DNA of 64,000 bases, from the NCBI GenBank assembly GCA_965216465.1, contig CBDCFW010000004.1, forward strand, positions 160,001 to 224,000, given 5' to 3'. The translations under genes and the position numbers were made by a program. The notes below the pieces were generated by a model that saw nothing but the letters and a program-made list of their open reading frames with translations, was not told the DNA's origin and did no database searches. Below are positions 9,732 through 19,386 of the stretch, in pieces. The DNA is from Bacteroidia bacterium (GTDB taxonomy: Bacteria > Bacteroidota > Bacteroidia > NS11-12g > UBA9320). Within the stretch, counting starts at the first letter, position 1; each line of letters begins with the position of its first letter.

Positions 9732-10402
9732 TGGCAAACGTTGAAATTCATCCATCTTGGCAAAAAGTGCTTCATGAGGAGTTTGACGCTCCATACTTTG
9801 ATGAATTGGTCAGCTTTATAAAATCAAGGAGGGCTGATGGTGCAGTAATTTACCCTCCAGGTAATTTGATATTTAATGCTTTTAACTCAACGCCTTTTGA
9901 TCAAGTTAAAGTTGTAGTGCTTGGTCAAGATCCCTATCATGGCCGAGGTGAAGCACATGGATTATGTTTTTCGGTTCAAGACGGAATTAAAATTCCCCCA
10001 TCTTTACGGAACATTTTCAAAGAACTGAATGCCGACCTGGGATGTGAAATACCGCAATCAGGTAATTTAAGTGCTTGGGCCATCCAAGGGGTCTTTCTTT
10101 TAAATGCGATTTTAACCGTTGAGCACAAAAATCCTGCAAGTCATAAAGGCAAAGGCTGGGAAACATTTACTGATGCTGTTATTCAATCAATTTCAGCTGA
10201 AAGGGAAGGTGTTGTTTTCATCTTGTGGGGTGCATTTGCAAAAAGTAAAAAGTCCTTGATCGATGCTTCAAAACATCTAATTTTGGAAGCTCCTCACCCA
10301 GCTGCAGAGGTTTATGCAGGAGGAAAAGCTGGTTTCTTTGGAAGCAAACCGTTCAGCAAGGCAAATAGTTATCTCAAAGATCCAATTGACTGGAGTTTAT
10401 AA
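9731..10402 (+). CDS. ung: Uracil-DNA glycosylase family 1 (variant intercalation loop)
   Basis: GQDPYH, GLCFS, PPSLRNI, LLNAILTV and FILWG are present; HPAAEVY replaces HPSPLSA. Confidence 0.95.
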   Translation: MANVEIHPSWQKVLHEEFDAPYFDELVSFIKSRRADGAVIYPPGNLIFNAFNSTPFDQVKVVVLGQDPYHGRGEAHGLCFSVQDGIKIPPSLRNIFKELNADLGCEIPQSGNLSAWAIQGVFLLNAILTVEHKNPASHKGKGWETFTDAVIQSISAEREGVVFILWGAFAKSKKSLIDASKHLILEAPHPAAEVYAGGKAGFFGSKPFSKANSYLKDPIDWSL

Positions 10403-10410
10403 CTGGGTTT

Positions 10411-11067
10411 TTACTGATGGCTTAAAACCAAATCCCAGACTTTTTCGAATTCTTGGCTAAAAACCGAAGCAAATTCTTCAACACTACCTCTTCCGGTCTC
10501 CTGCTGAATTGACGTTACAGATTTATCTGAAATCCCACATGGAACAATATAATTGAAGTAGGTAAGGTCTGTCGATACATTTAAAGCAAATCCATGCATG
10601 CTTACCCCGTTTCTTACACGAATGCCTATCGCCCCAATCTTCCGTTTGATCTCGCCTTCAGCTCCAACCCAAATACCTGTTAAGCCATCTATTTGATAGG
10701 CTATTATATCAAAGCGAGCCAAGGCATTGATTAAAGCAGATTCAAGAGAATCGACATAACGTTTAACACCAATTCCATGCTTTCTTAAGTTGATGATTGG
10801 GTAGCCCACCAACTGTCCAGGACCGTGATAAGTTATGTCGCCACCTCGGTCGGTTTCAAACACCTCAGCTTTAATCTGATTTAGGAAGTTATTGTTGATC
10901 AACAAATTGTTTTGATCAGCACTCTTGCCGAATGTATAGACGTGAGGGTGCTCACAAAAGATCAAGGTGTCAGTTCCTCCGTTTATTACCGAGTGATGTA
11001 CATCTTCTTGAATACCTAATGCCTTTGAATAGGCAGTTAGTCCAATGTCGTTAACTTGAAATGTCAT
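10411..11067 (-). CDS. lipB: Lipoyl(octanoyl) transferase
   Basis: EHPHVYTFG, RGGDITYHGPGQLVGYPI, HGFALNV, IVPCG. Confidence 0.96.
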   Translation of the reverse strand: MTFQVNDIGLTAYSKALGIQEDVHHSVINGGTDTLIFCEHPHVYTFGKSADQNNLLINNNFLNQIKAEVFETDRGGDITYHGPGQLVGYPIINLRKHGIGVKRYVDSLESALINALARFDIIAYQIDGLTGIWVGAEGEIKRKIGAIGIRVRNGVSMHGFALNVSTDLTYFNYIVPCGISDKSVTSIQQETGRGSVEEFASVFSQEFEKVWDLVLSHQ

Positions 11068-12631
11068 CTGTTTTTCGCTTAACTAACAATCCTAGGGTTA
11101 AAAAGATTCCTATAAAGCTGGCGATTCTACCTATATAGTCTCCAAGCACTGAATACATGGTTCTCTTTTTGTAACTCGCTACTTCAACTTTAAGTACATC
11201 AGGTTCCCACCAATCTGTATGTTCAATGATCTTTCCTTGCTTTGTGATTCTGCAGCTGATACCCGTGTTTGCACTTCTTACAACTTCTCTTCGGTTTTCA
11301 ATCGCCCTCAAACAAGCATAATACATATGTTGTTTATAGCCATCGGTGTTACGCCACCAGCCATCATTGGTTATTACCAATAGTACGTCTGCACCTTTGC
11401 GAACAAATTCAGATACATATCCCGGAAACACACTTTCATAACATATAAGCGGAGCCACATCTGGTTTAGAACCAGCACTAAATGTCTTTGCTTCTTTATC
11501 ACTTCCCAAACTTCCAGATATTCCACCCATGTCAATGCTTAGGTATTCTAAGAATCCAAAGATTTTAGGGTACGGCATTTTCTCGACACCAGGTACTAGT
11601 TTCGATTTATGATAGTACGACAACCTTCCTCTTGAATCTACCTCGAGAGCTGTATTGTAACTCTCGTAATAATCTCCTCCTTGTGTTTGACGAGCCGTAG
11701 CATCTCTTTCCTCAAACGGTTCGTAGAAGTTGTAACTCGAAACACCCGTAATCATGTGCGAATTGGGATGTAGAGATACAAAATCTTGAAGTAGTCGTAT
11801 GCTTTCAAATGAAACCGCATTGTCTTCATCAATGTATTCAACCACAGCTGTTTCTGGCATTACTACATACGCTGTGCTATCGGACATTTGCGTTTCAGCG
11901 AGTGCCAACATTTCTTTCAAATTTTTAACCTCCTCACCACGATTGAATTTTAGGTAAGGGTCTACATTAGGTTGAACAATAACAGTTTCATGAGTTGATA
12001 CTGGTTCAGAAGAATAATTGTTTCCAAAGTAAATTACAAGAAGAGAAACGGTAACTGGAACAGCTATTGTAACGCTTGGTCGTAGCCAATTCTGTTTAAT
12101 GCCTTTGTCAATCGATTTGAACAAAGACACATTGGCCAATAAAACCCATAAACTTCCTCCAAGAGCACCTGTAAATTCATACCATTGAACAACCACATTG
12201 TGTTTGGCAAACACATTTCCTAGAGTAAGCCAAGGCCAAGTTATTTGCCAATTTAGGTGAAGATATTCATAGCCCAGCCACAAAGAAATAAACAACATAA
12301 AAGCTCGATTCTGATCAAATGACCGAACTGCTTTTCGGTAGGCCCACCAAGGTATATACATCAACCAAGCATTGGCCAATAACATAAAGACTGAACCTCC
12401 TGGCGACGCATACCATACCCACCAAGTGGTTAGAATATTCCAAAGAAGAAGACTACTATAAGCTAGAATGCCAAACCCTTTTGAGTTACGCGTTTCTTTT
12501 TCAAGCATAAACAACGGAACAAAAGCAAAAAGACTTAAAAAGAATAAATCACGAGGTGGCCATGCTAAAAAAAATAATATACCCGGCAACAGGGTATAAG
12601 CAAGTATCCTAAGTTTTCGATTAGCTATCAT
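11051..12631 (-). CDS. lnt: Apolipoprotein N-acyltransferase
   Basis: Multi-TM N-terminal half plus a nitrilase domain with the E-K-C triad (PETA, KSKLVPGVE, ICYES), TNDGWW and RSANTGIS. ATG at 12631 preferred. Confidence 0.95.
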   Translation of the reverse strand: MIANRKLRILAYTLLPGILFFLAWPPRDLFFLSLFAFVPLFMLEKETRNSKGFGILAYSSLLLWNILTTWWVWYASPGGSVFMLLANAWLMYIPWWAYRKAVRSFDQNRAFMLFISLWLGYEYLHLNWQITWPWLTLGNVFAKHNVVVQWYEFTGALGGSLWVLLANVSLFKSIDKGIKQNWLRPSVTIAVPVTVSLLVIYFGNNYSSEPVSTHETVIVQPNVDPYLKFNRGEEVKNLKEMLALAETQMSDSTAYVVMPETAVVEYIDEDNAVSFESIRLLQDFVSLHPNSHMITGVSSYNFYEPFEERDATARQTQGGDYYESYNTALEVDSRGRLSYYHKSKLVPGVEKMPYPKIFGFLEYLSIDMGGISGSLGSDKEAKTFSAGSKPDVAPLICYESVFPGYVSEFVRKGADVLLVITNDGWWRNTDGYKQHMYYACLRAIENRREVVRSANTGISCRITKQGKIIEHTDWWEPDVLKVEVASYKKRTMYSVLGDYIGRIASFIGIFLTLGLLVKRKTDDISS

Positions 12632-13301
12632 ATCCTCCAACGATTAATACAAATTCTCCTTTAGGCTCATTTTTTTCAAAGTGGTCAAGTACCTCGGCGG
12701 CACTACCTCTTATCATTTCTTCAAACTTCTTGGTCAATTCTCGACCTACAACCAGTTTGCGTTCCTCACCCAATAATTCGACTACCATTTTTAAAGTTTT
12801 TACAATTCGATGCGGACTTTCATAAAATATGGTTGTTCGCTTCTCATCTACCAAATTGTTAATTTTTGTTTGTTTTCCCTTTTTATGAGGCAGAAAACCC
12901 TCATATACAAATGTGTCGCAAGGCAATCCTGATGAAACCAAGGCAACAATTGCTGCAACAGCTCCAGGTAAGCTTACGACCTCAATTTTAGATTTTACAG
13001 CCTCTCGTATTAGTAAAAAACCGGGGTCAGAAATTCCAGGTGTTCCGGCATCAGAACAAAGTGCAAAATTGGTACCATCGTGCAATTGTTCTACCAGTCT
13101 AGCAATGCTTTTATGTTCATTGTGTTGATGGTAAGCAATTAGTCTCTTCTCAATATTATAATGGTCTAAAAGCTTTTTGGTTTGACGGGTGTCTTCTGCA
13201 AGAATGGCACCAACCTCACCCAATACCTTTACTGCTCGGTACGTGATGTCATCTAAGTTGCCAATGGGCGTTGGTACAATGTAAAGTTTACCGCTGTTCA
13301 A
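12621..13301 (-). CDS. rsmI: 16S rRNA (cytidine1402-2'-O)-methyltransferase
   Basis: VPTPIGNLDDIT, AEDTR, SDAGTPGISDPG, YESPHR, RELTK.FEE. Confidence 0.96.
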   Translation of the reverse strand: MNSGKLYIVPTPIGNLDDITYRAVKVLGEVGAILAEDTRQTKKLLDHYNIEKRLIAYHQHNEHKSIARLVEQLHDGTNFALCSDAGTPGISDPGFLLIREAVKSKIEVVSLPGAVAAIVALVSSGLPCDTFVYEGFLPHKKGKQTKINNLVDEKRTTIFYESPHRIVKTLKMVVELLGEERKLVVGRELTKKFEEMIRGSAAEVLDHFEKNEPKGEFVLIVGGYDS

Positions 13302-13342
13302 AATCCGAGCAAAAATAGGCGTTGCAAACGAACAATTAGAAA

Positions 13343-13350
13343 TACATTTG
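13343..13350 (+). promoter_or_regulatory. Bacteroidota primary-sigma -7 box
   Basis: TACATTTG matches TAnnTTTG, 13 nt before the next start. Confidence 0.6.
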
Positions 13351-13363
13351 TAGCGTTTGAGTA

Positions 13364-14116
13364 ATGATGCGGTTAATCGGACTAATTTTCATTTATACAC
13401 TAATGGCATTCACCCCAATTGAAGAACCAAACTTCAAAGAAGTTCAACTCGAATTTGAACGCGTATCTAAAGCTTTTGAAGAGAAATGGTCTGCAGCCAG
13501 TGGAAGATTAAGAGCGGTGGGTATTTCGACAGATAGTTTCGATTTGTTGATACGTGCTTTTAAATTCGAAGAAGATTTAGAGGTATGGGCAAAGAACAAG
13601 AATGAGGTCCAATATACCCACGTGCATACCTATAAATTCTGTGAAAATGTAGGAGAGCTTGGCCCCAAAAGGAAAGAAGGTGATAAGCAGATTCCTGAAG
13701 GCTTCTATAGCCTAAGTAAATTCAATCCGACAAGCAACTATCATCTTTCTTTAAAGGTCGATTACCCCAATGAAAGTGATAGTATTTTGAGTGATAAAGT
13801 TTCTCCAGGCGGTATGATTTTTATTCACGGAGGATGTAAAACAATAGGCTGCATTCCCATTACAGATGAATATATTCAAGAATTGTACGTACTAGCTGTA
13901 GAAGCAAAAAATGGTGGCCAAGAAAACATTCAAATTCACCTCTATCCAGCCCGAATGACCTCCGAAAATATGGAGTTACTTAATGCTCAGTATGAATCTG
14001 AACTTCTTAGTTTTTGGAAACAGCTAAAAGTTGGTTATGACTTGTTTGAAAAAACCAACATTCTTCCAGAAATTGAGATTTCCTCAAAAGGAGAATACCT
14101 ATTCCCAGAGGGTTAG
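13364..14116 (+). CDS. YkuD/L,D-transpeptidase family protein, YafK/DpaA-like
   Basis: LIRAFK.E..LEVW, GPKRKEGDKQIPEGFY, YPN..D, IFIHGGCKTIGC catalytic His/Cys. Confidence 0.88.
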   Translation: MMRLIGLIFIYTLMAFTPIEEPNFKEVQLEFERVSKAFEEKWSAASGRLRAVGISTDSFDLLIRAFKFEEDLEVWAKNKNEVQYTHVHTYKFCENVGELGPKRKEGDKQIPEGFYSLSKFNPTSNYHLSLKVDYPNESDSILSDKVSPGGMIFIHGGCKTIGCIPITDEYIQELYVLAVEAKNGGQENIQIHLYPARMTSENMELLNAQYESELLSFWKQLKVGYDLFEKTNILPEIEISSKGEYLFPEG

Positions 14117-14118
14117 CT

Positions 14119-15156
14119 TTAAGGCCTATAGGCGCTTTCTTGAAAGATTTTGTTGTGATTGTTGTCAAGCAATAATGCCTGCAAACCTAGCTCTGGATTT
14201 TTCTTCATATAGCTTCTTACAATCTGCCAGCCAATCCATGCACCAGCTCTAGGGCTGCTTTCATTTCCAAAAGGTGTAGTAAAAGGACCATCGTTAAAAA
14301 AGTGTTGCTGAAATTTACTCTTGTCTGTACTGAACAACAATTCTTCTTCGATTAGATAAGCCCACATGTTCGCTTCTTGAGCATTATTCCATTCTAGTTG
14401 GCCCTTTAAATATCCAATCTTCAATGAATCGTGATGATTTGGCAAAAGGAGGTCCATGGCATAAAGCTTCTTTCCCTCGTAAATGGCCTGGTCAATGAAG
14501 GTTGAGCCTATTCCTTCAGGAAGCTTGGCATTCACATAACTTTTTATGCAGTTGGGAACGATATGTTGGCCTTCAAATTTTTTAACTCGATAACTTGGAA
14601 AGTTTTGCGGGTTCAGAACAGCATAAATCTCAAAATCTCTACCCATATACATATCTAATCCGATACCAAATGACCGTGAAGTTTCATTGTAAATGCTGCC
14701 GTACTCAAAGGTTGAAATAAATGTTGTGGCATGTTCTATTTTGTCCTCAGGAAAATAGTAATAGATGTGCTTACAAGCCTCTTCTAGCTCTTCACGATAG
14801 TCTTCGAATACGCCAAACTTTTCTTGAGTTAACTTATACAGAGAATCCATGTCAGGGTGAGCAATGTAACGGTATAGCTCCACTGCAACATCATCTTCAG
14901 TGCTCTGTGGTCCTCGCAATTGATGAGGCATGATGTCAGAAGTGTAAATGGTATAGAATTCAGGGTGTTTTTCGCGCAATTCTTTCACGTCGTTTACACT
15001 CTTACACTGAAATAAATCCTGTTCAAAACGCGTTATGTCGAGAGTAATATCGATACCAGAAGTGTCAATTTGGTGCTCACCCCCAGAACAACTACTCAAA
15101 AAGGCAAATGCGGTAATTATTAAAACTTTGTGAAGAAGTATTAACTTTTTAATCAT
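14119..15156 (-). CDS. gldB: Gliding motility lipoprotein GldB
   Basis: Lipobox LSSC; RFEQDLF, IGLDMYMG, IYEGK, GPFT..FGNESSPRAG.WIGWQIVRSYM, C-terminal YRP; near nadE. Confidence 0.88.
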   Translation of the reverse strand: MIKKLILLHKVLIITAFAFLSSCSGGEHQIDTSGIDITLDITRFEQDLFQCKSVNDVKELREKHPEFYTIYTSDIMPHQLRGPQSTEDDVAVELYRYIAHPDMDSLYKLTQEKFGVFEDYREELEEACKHIYYYFPEDKIEHATTFISTFEYGSIYNETSRSFGIGLDMYMGRDFEIYAVLNPQNFPSYRVKKFEGQHIVPNCIKSYVNAKLPEGIGSTFIDQAIYEGKKLYAMDLLLPNHHDSLKIGYLKGQLEWNNAQEANMWAYLIEEELLFSTDKSKFQQHFFNDGPFTTPFGNESSPRAGAWIGWQIVRSYMKKNPELGLQALLLDNNHNKIFQESAYRP

Positions 15157-15188
15157 AAACTTTGTACAAATTATTCAAAAACAACTAC

Positions 15189-15908
15189 ATGAAGAACGTT
15201 ACAATACTACTGTTAGGTGTGCTAGTAAGCCAATTATCTTTTGCACAGTCAGAATTTAGATTTGGGTTAAAGGGAGCTGCCAATATTGGGTGGATAAGTG
15301 CAGGTACCAAGAATGTTGAGAGCAACGGAACTAAACTTGGTTTTGCTTATGGAATAATGGGTGACTATTATTTTCGACCTAACTACGGAGTGACAACAGA
15401 ACTCCTTATCTCTCAGATTAATGGAAAGTTAGAAGTGTTAACTCCACAACGCTTTGTTGGTGACACTTCTCAGGCTGTTAATAGCCTAAAGTATACTTAC
15501 GATCTTCAATACATTGAAATTCCAATAAGTATGAAGTTCAGAACCAAAGAAATAGGTAACATTACCTATTGGGGTAATTTTGGATTTTCTCCTGGCTTCT
15601 TGCTTAATGCGAAAGCGAGTATCGCAGAAGAAGGGCTACCCGCAAGTATTGTGCTCAAAGATCCAACCGACTTTTTGGTCAACGACAATGAAGGCGACGA
15701 CTTTACAACCGATAATTTTGATGATCGTGTGTTTCTTTTCCGCTTCCCGCTAATTATCGGAGGAGGAATCGAATATAAGATGGCTGGAAGTACATCGTTG
15801 CATGCCGGAGTAAGATTTACTAATAGCTTCACCGATATTTTAGTTAAGGATAAAGATGTTACAGCCAAGAACAATTATGTAGCTTTAACGGTTGGAGTAT
15901 TGTTCTAA
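15189..15908 (+). CDS. Outer-membrane beta-barrel protein (PorT/OMP_b-brl family)
   Basis: Signal peptide from ATG 15189; RFGLK, LQYIEIPISMKFRT; C-terminal LTVGVLF. Confidence 0.85.
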   Translation: MKNVTILLLGVLVSQLSFAQSEFRFGLKGAANIGWISAGTKNVESNGTKLGFAYGIMGDYYFRPNYGVTTELLISQINGKLEVLTPQRFVGDTSQAVNSLKYTYDLQYIEIPISMKFRTKEIGNITYWGNFGFSPGFLLNAKASIAEEGLPASIVLKDPTDFLVNDNEGDDFTTDNFDDRVFLFRFPLIIGGGIEYKMAGSTSLHAGVRFTNSFTDILVKDKDVTAKNNYVALTVGVLF

Positions 15909-15916
15909 CACAAGAA

Positions 15917-17554
15917 ATGCAGATAGCTCTATCACAACTTAATTTTATTATTGGTGATATCGAAGGAAACGCCACGCGTATCATCGAAGATATTCAAAAG
16001 GCTAAGTCGCAAGCGGTCGATTTAATTGTTTTTTCCGAACTTGCAGTTTGTGGTTATCCTCCTAAAGATCTTCTTGATTACCCTAGTTTCATTACGCGAT
16101 GCGAAGAAGCTTTAGAGAATATAAAGCAGCAATCAAACGGCATTGCTGTACTCGTTGGTGGTCCTGCTTGGAGTAACTTAGATAAAGGAAAGAAGCTTTA
16201 TAATTCTGCTTTCTTTTTTCACGATAAAAAGTTGATTAGAAGAATTGACAAAACGCTTCTGCCAACCTACGACATTTTTGACGAGTACAGGTATTTTCAG
16301 CCTAATGAACGATTCGAATGCGTTGAATTTATGGGTGAAAGATTAGCCATTACAATATGTGAGGATCTTTGGAATTTAGACGAAGAAAAACTGTATAAAA
16401 GAACACCAATGGATGAGCTGAAGGCAGATAATCCTACGGTTATGATTAACCTAAGTGGTTCACCATACAGCTACAATCATGTAGAGGAAAGAAGAGAGAG
16501 AATGCAGCATAATGCCAAACATTATAATCTTCCTTTGTTTTATGTGAATCAAGTGGGAGGCAATACAGATATTCTGTTTGATGGTGGCTCCATGTTCATC
16601 AATAAGAAGGGTGAAATTGTTGGAGAGTGTGCCTTTTATCAAGAAGATTTTAAAGTAATTGAATGGGATTCAAGCATGGAGTTTGAAGATAACCACGAAG
16701 AGTATCGCGATTACGATATAGGTCTAATTCATGATGCTTTAGTGATGGGTATTCGCGATTATTTTGGAAAAATGGACTTTAAAAAGGCCGTGCTAGGTTC
16801 ATCTGGAGGTATCGACAGTGCTGTGGTACTTGCCTTAGCTGTAGAAGCACTCGGAGCGGAAAATGTGAAAGCTGTATTAATGCCATCACAATTCAGTAGT
16901 GAAGGTTCTGTCGCTGATGCGGTAAAGCTTTCAGAAAACCTCGGAAATCCATACAGTATAGTACCGATAAAGGCCGTTTTTGAAGAATTTAAAAGAACCT
17001 TAGCTCCCGAGTTTGGCGACCTTCCAGAAAATGTTACCGAAGAAAACCTTCAAGCGAGAAGCAGAGGAGTTATTTTAATGGCCATGAGCAACAAGTTCGG
17101 TGAAATTGTTCTGAATACAAGTAACAAAAGTGAGAGTGCAGTTGGCTATACTACACTTTATGGTGACATGTGTGGAGGAATGTCTGTCATAGGTGACCTG
17201 TATAAAGTTCAAGTATATGAAATGGCTCGGTTCATTAATCGATATGGCGAAGTAATACCTTATGAAATTGTAGAAAAAGAACCCAGTGCAGAGCTGAGAC
17301 CTGATCAAAAAGATAGCGATTCTCTTCCGCCGTATGGCTTGCTAGATAAGATTTTATACTACTACATCGAAGAACGAAGAGGTTGGCAAGAGATTGTTTC
17401 TTTGGGGATGGATGAGCAAACGGTTCGTAAAATTGTGAAGATGGTCGATCAAAATGAATATAAACGATTTCAAGCATCTCCAACTTTAAGAATATCTTAC
17501 AAGGCCTTTGGTACTGGGCGGCGCATGCCAATTGTCGCAAAACACTTCAATTAA
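15917..17554 (+). CDS. nadE: Glutamine-dependent NAD+ synthetase
   Basis: Nitrilase domain (GYPPKDL, ICED) plus SGGIDS, ENLQAR, NKSE and PSAELRPDQKD. Confidence 0.97.
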   Translation: MQIALSQLNFIIGDIEGNATRIIEDIQKAKSQAVDLIVFSELAVCGYPPKDLLDYPSFITRCEEALENIKQQSNGIAVLVGGPAWSNLDKGKKLYNSAFFFHDKKLIRRIDKTLLPTYDIFDEYRYFQPNERFECVEFMGERLAITICEDLWNLDEEKLYKRTPMDELKADNPTVMINLSGSPYSYNHVEERRERMQHNAKHYNLPLFYVNQVGGNTDILFDGGSMFINKKGEIVGECAFYQEDFKVIEWDSSMEFEDNHEEYRDYDIGLIHDALVMGIRDYFGKMDFKKAVLGSSGGIDSAVVLALAVEALGAENVKAVLMPSQFSSEGSVADAVKLSENLGNPYSIVPIKAVFEEFKRTLAPEFGDLPENVTEENLQARSRGVILMAMSNKFGEIVLNTSNKSESAVGYTTLYGDMCGGMSVIGDLYKVQVYEMARFINRYGEVIPYEIVEKEPSAELRPDQKDSDSLPPYGLLDKILYYYIEERRGWQEIVSLGMDEQTVRKIVKMVDQNEYKRFQASPTLRISYKAFGTGRRMPIVAKHFN

Positions 17555-17580
17555 AAAAGGGAACCTGAGTTCCCTTTCTT
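17555..17580. terminator. Intrinsic terminator after nadE
   Basis: AAAGGGAAC-ctga-GTTCCCTTT hairpin flanked by A and T runs. Confidence 0.75.
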
Positions 17581-17700
17581 CATAATTACATTTATGTATT
17601 ATAGGTTTCCGTTAATAAATGTGTGATATACTACGAAAGACGCTAAATAATTTTATTTGGAAGTCGGTTTAATGTCATCTTAAACCATGAGTGCAAAGAA

Positions 17701-18585
17701 TTAATGTTTTAAGGTGTGTTTTCCAACTCCACCCTTAACTTCTTTAATACCGTGCACATAGACAAAGGCAGTTGGATCCTTATCCAAAATAGCCTGTCGG
17801 ATACGATGAATTTCAAGACGTGTGACAATAGTCATAACTATATCGACATTATGCTTTACATCGAAAGTATTAGGAAGGTAACCTCTCTCTCCTTTGTACA
17901 CTGAAATAGCCTTGTTGAAGTCGTTTACAATCAAGGATTTAATGGCTTCATGTTCTTTTGATACAATGGTAAGAGCAGTAAACTCTTCAAAGCCATCAAC
18001 TACATAATCTGAAGTCTTTATTGCCGTGAAGTATGTGAGAATCGAATACATCGCAGCCTCAATTCCAAAGTTAAACGCTGCAAGTAAAAAGATTATACTA
18101 TTGGTTAACAACACAATTTCACCCGTAGAGAATCCAATCTTTTTATTGGTGTAGTGTGCTACAATTTCAAAACCATCAATAACGCCACCGCCACGAATTA
18201 CCAATCCAATACCAAGTCCAATTAAGAAGCCACCAAAAACAGCAATGAGAATTTTGTCGTTAGTTACTGTTGGAACTTCAAGAAAGGCAATAGTAACTGC
18301 CAGAAGGATAACTGCAAAAGCAGATTGAACCGCAAAGGTTTTTCCTATTTTGCGGTAGCCCATAATCACAAAAGGGATATTCAGGGCCAAAAGCACATAA
18401 CTAATGTTCACATGAAAAATTTCGTGTGCAAGAATGCTTATTCCGGTAATCCCTCCATCTAAAAAGTGATTGGGAATCATAAAGCCTTTAAGTGCCAGCA
18501 CAGCACATAAAACGCCTAAAATGGTATATAATAATGCTTTTGGAGCGAAGATGCTTCTCCAATGAATACGGTTTGATTGCGACAT
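17701..18585 (-). CDS. YitT family membrane protein with C-terminal DUF2179-like domain
   Basis: FLDGGITGIS, NIPF...GY.KIG, GGGVIDG; C-terminal DPTAF...I.EVKGG. Confidence 0.9.
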   Translation of the reverse strand: MSQSNRIHWRSIFAPKALLYTILGVLCAVLALKGFMIPNHFLDGGITGISILAHEIFHVNISYVLLALNIPFVIMGYRKIGKTFAVQSAFAVILLAVTIAFLEVPTVTNDKILIAVFGGFLIGLGIGLVIRGGGVIDGFEIVAHYTNKKIGFSTGEIVLLTNSIIFLLAAFNFGIEAAMYSILTYFTAIKTSDYVVDGFEEFTALTIVSKEHEAIKSLIVNDFNKAISVYKGERGYLPNTFDVKHNVDIVMTIVTRLEIHRIRQAILDKDPTAFVYVHGIKEVKGGVGKHTLKH

Positions 18586-19163
18586 TAGCTCAGTTTAGTC
18601 TTTAGTTCTTGTAAGTACTTATTTTTAATAGGTTCTCGGTGTTTTTTAGCAAAGTCGGTGTGAAAGGTATGACTCTCAAGAAATCGGATTTGCATCTCGT
18701 CAAATTCACGCTCATTTTTCACAACGTTGTAATTTAAAAATTCATTGAATAAGGTAGCTCCAATTCTATAAAATTTATCGGTACCTAAATAATCAAGGTC
18801 TGAATCACATATGACCTCTTCCAATAAATTTTTTGGATTTTGAGGCAGCTCAGTTGCTGCTATCATTCCACAAATTTTTTCAATATCAGAATCAGAATAA
18901 CCCCAGCTAGGTAATTCTGTTTTCGCATACTTAATCCCATTCATCTCATGCTTGGCAAATTCTTCGAGAAATCCAATATCATGAAGTAGTGCCGCTGTTC
19001 GCAGCAAATACGCATCCTTGGGGTTGATTTTTAGTCGTCTTACATATTGATTACATACTCTTAAGACGTCGAGGGTATGGTGAGGACCATGATATGTCTG
19101 ATCCTTAGATATCTCCGCACTTATCCTACCAATAATGAATTGCTTAAGTTTCCGGATATTCAT
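18585..19163 (-). CDS. HD domain phosphohydrolase
   Basis: YHGPHHTLDV, ALLHDIG, HE, CDSDLDYLG. Confidence 0.9.
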   Translation of the reverse strand: MNIRKLKQFIIGRISAEISKDQTYHGPHHTLDVLRVCNQYVRRLKINPKDAYLLRTAALLHDIGFLEEFAKHEMNGIKYAKTELPSWGYSDSDIEKICGMIAATELPQNPKNLLEEVICDSDLDYLGTDKFYRIGATLFNEFLNYNVVKNEREFDEMQIRFLESHTFHTDFAKKHREPIKNKYLQELKTKLS

Positions 19164-19338
19164 TGTTACTTTCCAAAACTACACCTTTTTTTAAATTATT
19201 AATAACCAAGCTGTTGGAAAAGCCTTTTATTCCATCTAGACCGGTGTTCAGAAAAATAGACTAGTATATCATACAGCTAGCGGTTTGAACGTGTTTGTCT
19301 AAAGTGCTGATAGCCAGACAACAGTATAAATTTAATTG

Positions 19339-19356
19339 TTGGGCATGGTTTGTGAA
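19339..19356 (+). promoter_or_regulatory. Possible sigma54-like -24/-12 promoter
   Basis: ttgGGCATGGTTTGTGAa: GG-N10-GA spacing, about 30 nt before the lipoprotein start. Confidence 0.35.
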
Positions 19357-19386
19357 ATCATTATAATGAACCAATTATTTATGCTT

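Noticed and set aside
17581-17700. Intergenic gap between convergent nadE and yitT as a possible sRNA
   Set aside because: No convincing structure, promoter-terminator pair or ORF.
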